From positions 1 through 32,109 of the forward strand of contig JAZDDX010000008.1 of the NCBI GenBank assembly GCA_043809315.1: a stretch of 32,109 bases of DNA, given 5' to 3'. Source of the stretch: Pseudomonadota bacterium. Its GTDB lineage: Bacteria; Bdellovibrionota_G; JALEGL01; DATDPG01. The notes under the pieces were generated by a model. It did no database searches, was not told where the DNA came from, and worked only from the letters and a program-made list of their open reading frames with translations. Positions 29,599 through 32,109 of the stretch are shown here, one piece after another; within the stretch, counting starts at the first letter, position 1, and every line of letters starts with the position of its first letter. A program made the position numbers and the translations under genes.

Positions 29599-31977
29599 GT
29601 GACCGGGTGTATCGGGTTGGGGCGTAGATTATCGTTTCTCTCTTTTCTGATCGTGGCCCTGCTGCTGATCGCGACGTGCGGCGACGCCACGTTCGACCCG
29701 GACGCCACCCCGAGTTCTACCGGTAAGGGGTCGACGCGGAGGCAAGAGTACTGCCCCTTGCCCGTCGCGTCTCTTTGTGAGATCGGTGGCTACTGGCCCC
29801 CAGCATCGACGCCCACGCCGAATGGATCTGTCACCCCCACCGCGACTCCCACGTCGACTCCAACACCGACGCCGGGAGGCTCGACAATCACTCTTTCCGG
29901 CACCGTTTACTCCATCAACTCGCACCCCCGGATCTTTCTGGATACCGCCAAGCGAGCCGCCTTGCGGACCCGGTCGGTGGCGGGGGTTGCGATGTGGGAT
30001 GCGTTGGTCTCGTACAACAACGGGAATGCCCCCTCCTGCGCCACTGAGTACGACATCATCGAGTTGACGTCGTTCACCATCGGGTACGCGGGGGATCCGA
30101 CCCGGACCGCTTGGCGGGATTGCGCGATCCGTGAATTGATGAATCTGGTTTCCTCCTGGAGCAACAACGCCGACTACGCGAGCGAAGACCTGATCTGGAT
30201 CTCGCAGGCGTACGATTATCTCTATAACGATCTCTCCCCGGCACAGAGGACGAGCGTCCGGGACTGGGTTTACGGGACCGTGATCCCTCTCATACAGACG
30301 CACGTCTACTACTTCCGGAAGGCGGGGAACACCGAGTACACGCATAATCTGTACGTCTCGAGCTTTGCCGGAGAGTTCATCTGGGCTCTCGCGAGCGCCG
30401 GGGACGATGCCCGGTCGAACAACATGCTGGCAACCGATTGGGACTACTACGTCAACAACTTCAAGCCGGTCTACGACGCCGCGCTCGTCGGCTGCCGGCC
30501 ATTCGGCGGGAGCCACTACGGCGAGATCCGGACGTTGCAGAGGTTCTTCCTCTCGTTCGCGGCGGCGGAGACCGCGCTCGGCGGAATGGCGATGTGGCCC
30601 GCCTGGGGGGCGAGCTGTTCGGACTACCATCTTCATCATCTCTTGCCGACCCTCGACGGCTTCATGCCCGACTTCCAGCCGGGGGCGATCAACTACATGT
30701 CGGGAAGGGACCGACTGAACGCCGCGATCCTGGTTCAGAAGTTCGGAGCGAACGACAGCGCCAAGCAGCTCCAGTATTTTCTGGCGAACGATTACGTCCC
30801 CACAAAGAGCGGAACCGCCCGCGGCTTCATCTCGAACTACTACGTCGCCCAGTGGCAGCTGTTCTGGAGTCCGGCGGCCACCGCGATCCCGTACAACACC
30901 CAGCCGCTGGCATACACCGCGACCGGCACCGCGGTCGGAATCTCGCGTTCCGCCTGGAACAACCCCGCCGCGACGTATGTCGACTTTTCGGCGGCGGCGT
31001 ATTGGGGGGATCACGAAAGCATCCGGTGTGGGTCGTACCGCGCGTTCCGAAACGGCGAGTGGCTGATCATCGAAAACGACAACCGGTACACCGCCGGGAA
31101 CTCCGGGCAGACGTACGCCGACGGAATGTACCAACAGGCGATCCTGTTCGGGGACGGGAACATCACGAACCAATGGGGGCAGACGTTTTATACCGGCGGG
31201 TTCAAGCGGTTCGGGTACGACAACTGGCTCTGCGGGATCGGGAACTCGTCGAACAGTCCGACCTACGCCTACTGGATGGCCGACCTGTCGGACGCAGTCG
31301 ACGCGCGGACCTACCCGGTTACGTACTACTTCCGGCACCTGATTCATTTCAAAGGGGCGGGGACGAACTATTTGGTGGCGACATCAGCCGTGAACACGAC
31401 CGGGTCGGTCGCGAAGCGAGAGATGATGTATGTTCCGTCGACGGTGACGGGGACCTCCCCAAACGCGAACTTCTCCCTCACCAATTCTGCGGCGGCGGTG
31501 CGGCGGATTTACCCGACGACGGTTGGCTTAACGAAGACCGTGGTGCCGGACCGCACGGCGGCATCGGATGTCCCGCAGAATTCGATCGACACACCGACCC
31601 GCCTCGACATCGCGGCGCCGGCGGGGAACTCCGAGCTGTTCATGGTGGTTTGGGCCTTGGGGGCGAAAGGTTCGACGACGATGCCGACCACCACGGCTCT
31701 CACATCGACGGTGCCGGCCGGGCAGCTCAAGGGGGTCCTGATCAACGATGCGACGCAGTCGCGGGTTTTCCTAGTGACCAAGGATGATCAAACGATCGGA
31801 TCGACCGTTGCATTCACGGCGGCGGCAACCAACCTGCCGGCGGAGTTCGTGATCGCAGGGCTCACTGCCGGAACGAAGTACAACCTAACGAAGAGTTCCA
31901 ATACTTACACCCTGACGGTCAATGCGGCCGGGACGAAGGTGGTCGACGGGTCCAGCGTGTTGAGGTTCACAAACTGA
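29599..31977 (+). CDS. Heparinase II/III-like polysaccharide lyase-fold exported protein (probable lipoprotein)
   Basis: Signal peptide ending IATC; PT linker; HPRIFL, THN, GGSHYG, SRSAW, GDH...GSY...GEWLIIE match the alpha-toroid plus beta-sandwich lyase architecture. Confidence 0.7.
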   Translation: MTGCIGLGRRLSFLSFLIVALLLIATCGDATFDPDATPSSTGKGSTRRQEYCPLPVASLCEIGGYWPPASTPTPNGSVTPTATPTSTPTPTPGGSTITLSGTVYSINSHPRIFLDTAKRAALRTRSVAGVAMWDALVSYNNGNAPSCATEYDIIELTSFTIGYAGDPTRTAWRDCAIRELMNLVSSWSNNADYASEDLIWISQAYDYLYNDLSPAQRTSVRDWVYGTVIPLIQTHVYYFRKAGNTEYTHNLYVSSFAGEFIWALASAGDDARSNNMLATDWDYYVNNFKPVYDAALVGCRPFGGSHYGEIRTLQRFFLSFAAAETALGGMAMWPAWGASCSDYHLHHLLPTLDGFMPDFQPGAINYMSGRDRLNAAILVQKFGANDSAKQLQYFLANDYVPTKSGTARGFISNYYVAQWQLFWSPAATAIPYNTQPLAYTATGTAVGISRSAWNNPAATYVDFSAAAYWGDHESIRCGSYRAFRNGEWLIIENDNRYTAGNSGQTYADGMYQQAILFGDGNITNQWGQTFYTGGFKRFGYDNWLCGIGNSSNSPTYAYWMADLSDAVDARTYPVTYYFRHLIHFKGAGTNYLVATSAVNTTGSVAKREMMYVPSTVTGTSPNANFSLTNSAAAVRRIYPTTVGLTKTVVPDRTAASDVPQNSIDTPTRLDIAAPAGNSELFMVVWALGAKGSTTMPTTTALTSTVPAGQLKGVLINDATQSRVFLVTKDDQTIGSTVAFTAAATNLPAEFVIAGLTAGTKYNLTKSSNTYTLTVNAAGTKVVDGSSVLRFTN

Positions 31978-31994
31978 TTCGAGTGGGGTAGAAG
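31966..31994 (+). promoter_or_regulatory. Putative promoter of the tRNA-Leu-like gene
   Basis: TTCACA (31966-31971), 17 bp, TAGAAG (31989-31994), 16 nt before the tRNA 5' end. Confidence 0.45.
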
Positions 31995-32010
31995 GGCCCA
32001 CTCACTCCAA

Positions 32011-32099
32011 GCCGGGGTGGCGGAACTTGCAGACGCGCAGGACTCAAAATCAGGAGTGCCGAAAGGCGCGTGTGGGTTCGATTCCACCCCGCGGCACCA
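32011..32099 (+). tRNA. tRNA-Leu(CAA), degenerate; possible pseudo-tRNA
   Basis: 89-nt class II cloverleaf, anticodon CAA at 32045-32047, long variable arm, TTCGA, ACCA end. Mismatches in the acceptor, anticodon and T stems; D-loop has TG instead of GG. Confidence 0.8.
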
Positions 32100-32109
32100 G
32101 CAACATAAC

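Noticed and set aside
29629..31787. Long alternative ORFs 29629-31347 (-) and 30438-31787 (+)
   Set aside because: Shadow ORFs caused by high GC3 over the lyase-like gene; Arg/Gly-rich with no motifs.

Overview
GC-rich bacterial chromosomal segment. Gene content is deltaproteobacterial-like (Myxococcota/Bdellovibrionota-type), but this assignment is tentative. In order: an uncharacterised lipoprotein (-); the thrS-infC-rpmI-rplT-pheS-pheT operon and a small MerR-type HTH gene, with no ihfA between them; an iscS-iscU-iscA-hscB-hscA operon without iscR or fdx, ending in a minimal zincin; a minus-strand run of cdd, tRNA-Pro(GGG), a TMTC-like membrane glycosyltransferase with TPR, and a GT4; a sugar locus (NDP-hexose C-methyltransferase, GT-like ORF, rmlBACD); HU; a TPR-Slt lytic transglycosylase with a 7x24-bp repeat, divergent from a two-AMIN-domain protein; ttcA; three uncharacterised lipoproteins, one heparinase II/III-like; and a degenerate tRNA-Leu(CAA) at the window end. 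No CRISPR, transposase or integrase was seen. Best leads: (i) a possible protein O-glycosylation system, with the TMTC-like enzyme and sugar genes near four exported proteins carrying Pro/Thr linkers; (ii) a tRNA-Leu-like gene damaged in four arms but keeping its promoter and CCA; (iii) five -35/17-bp/-10 promoters lacking the -7 T, plus several near-leaderless genes; (iv) an overlapping bidirectional promoter for the Slt/AMIN pair.
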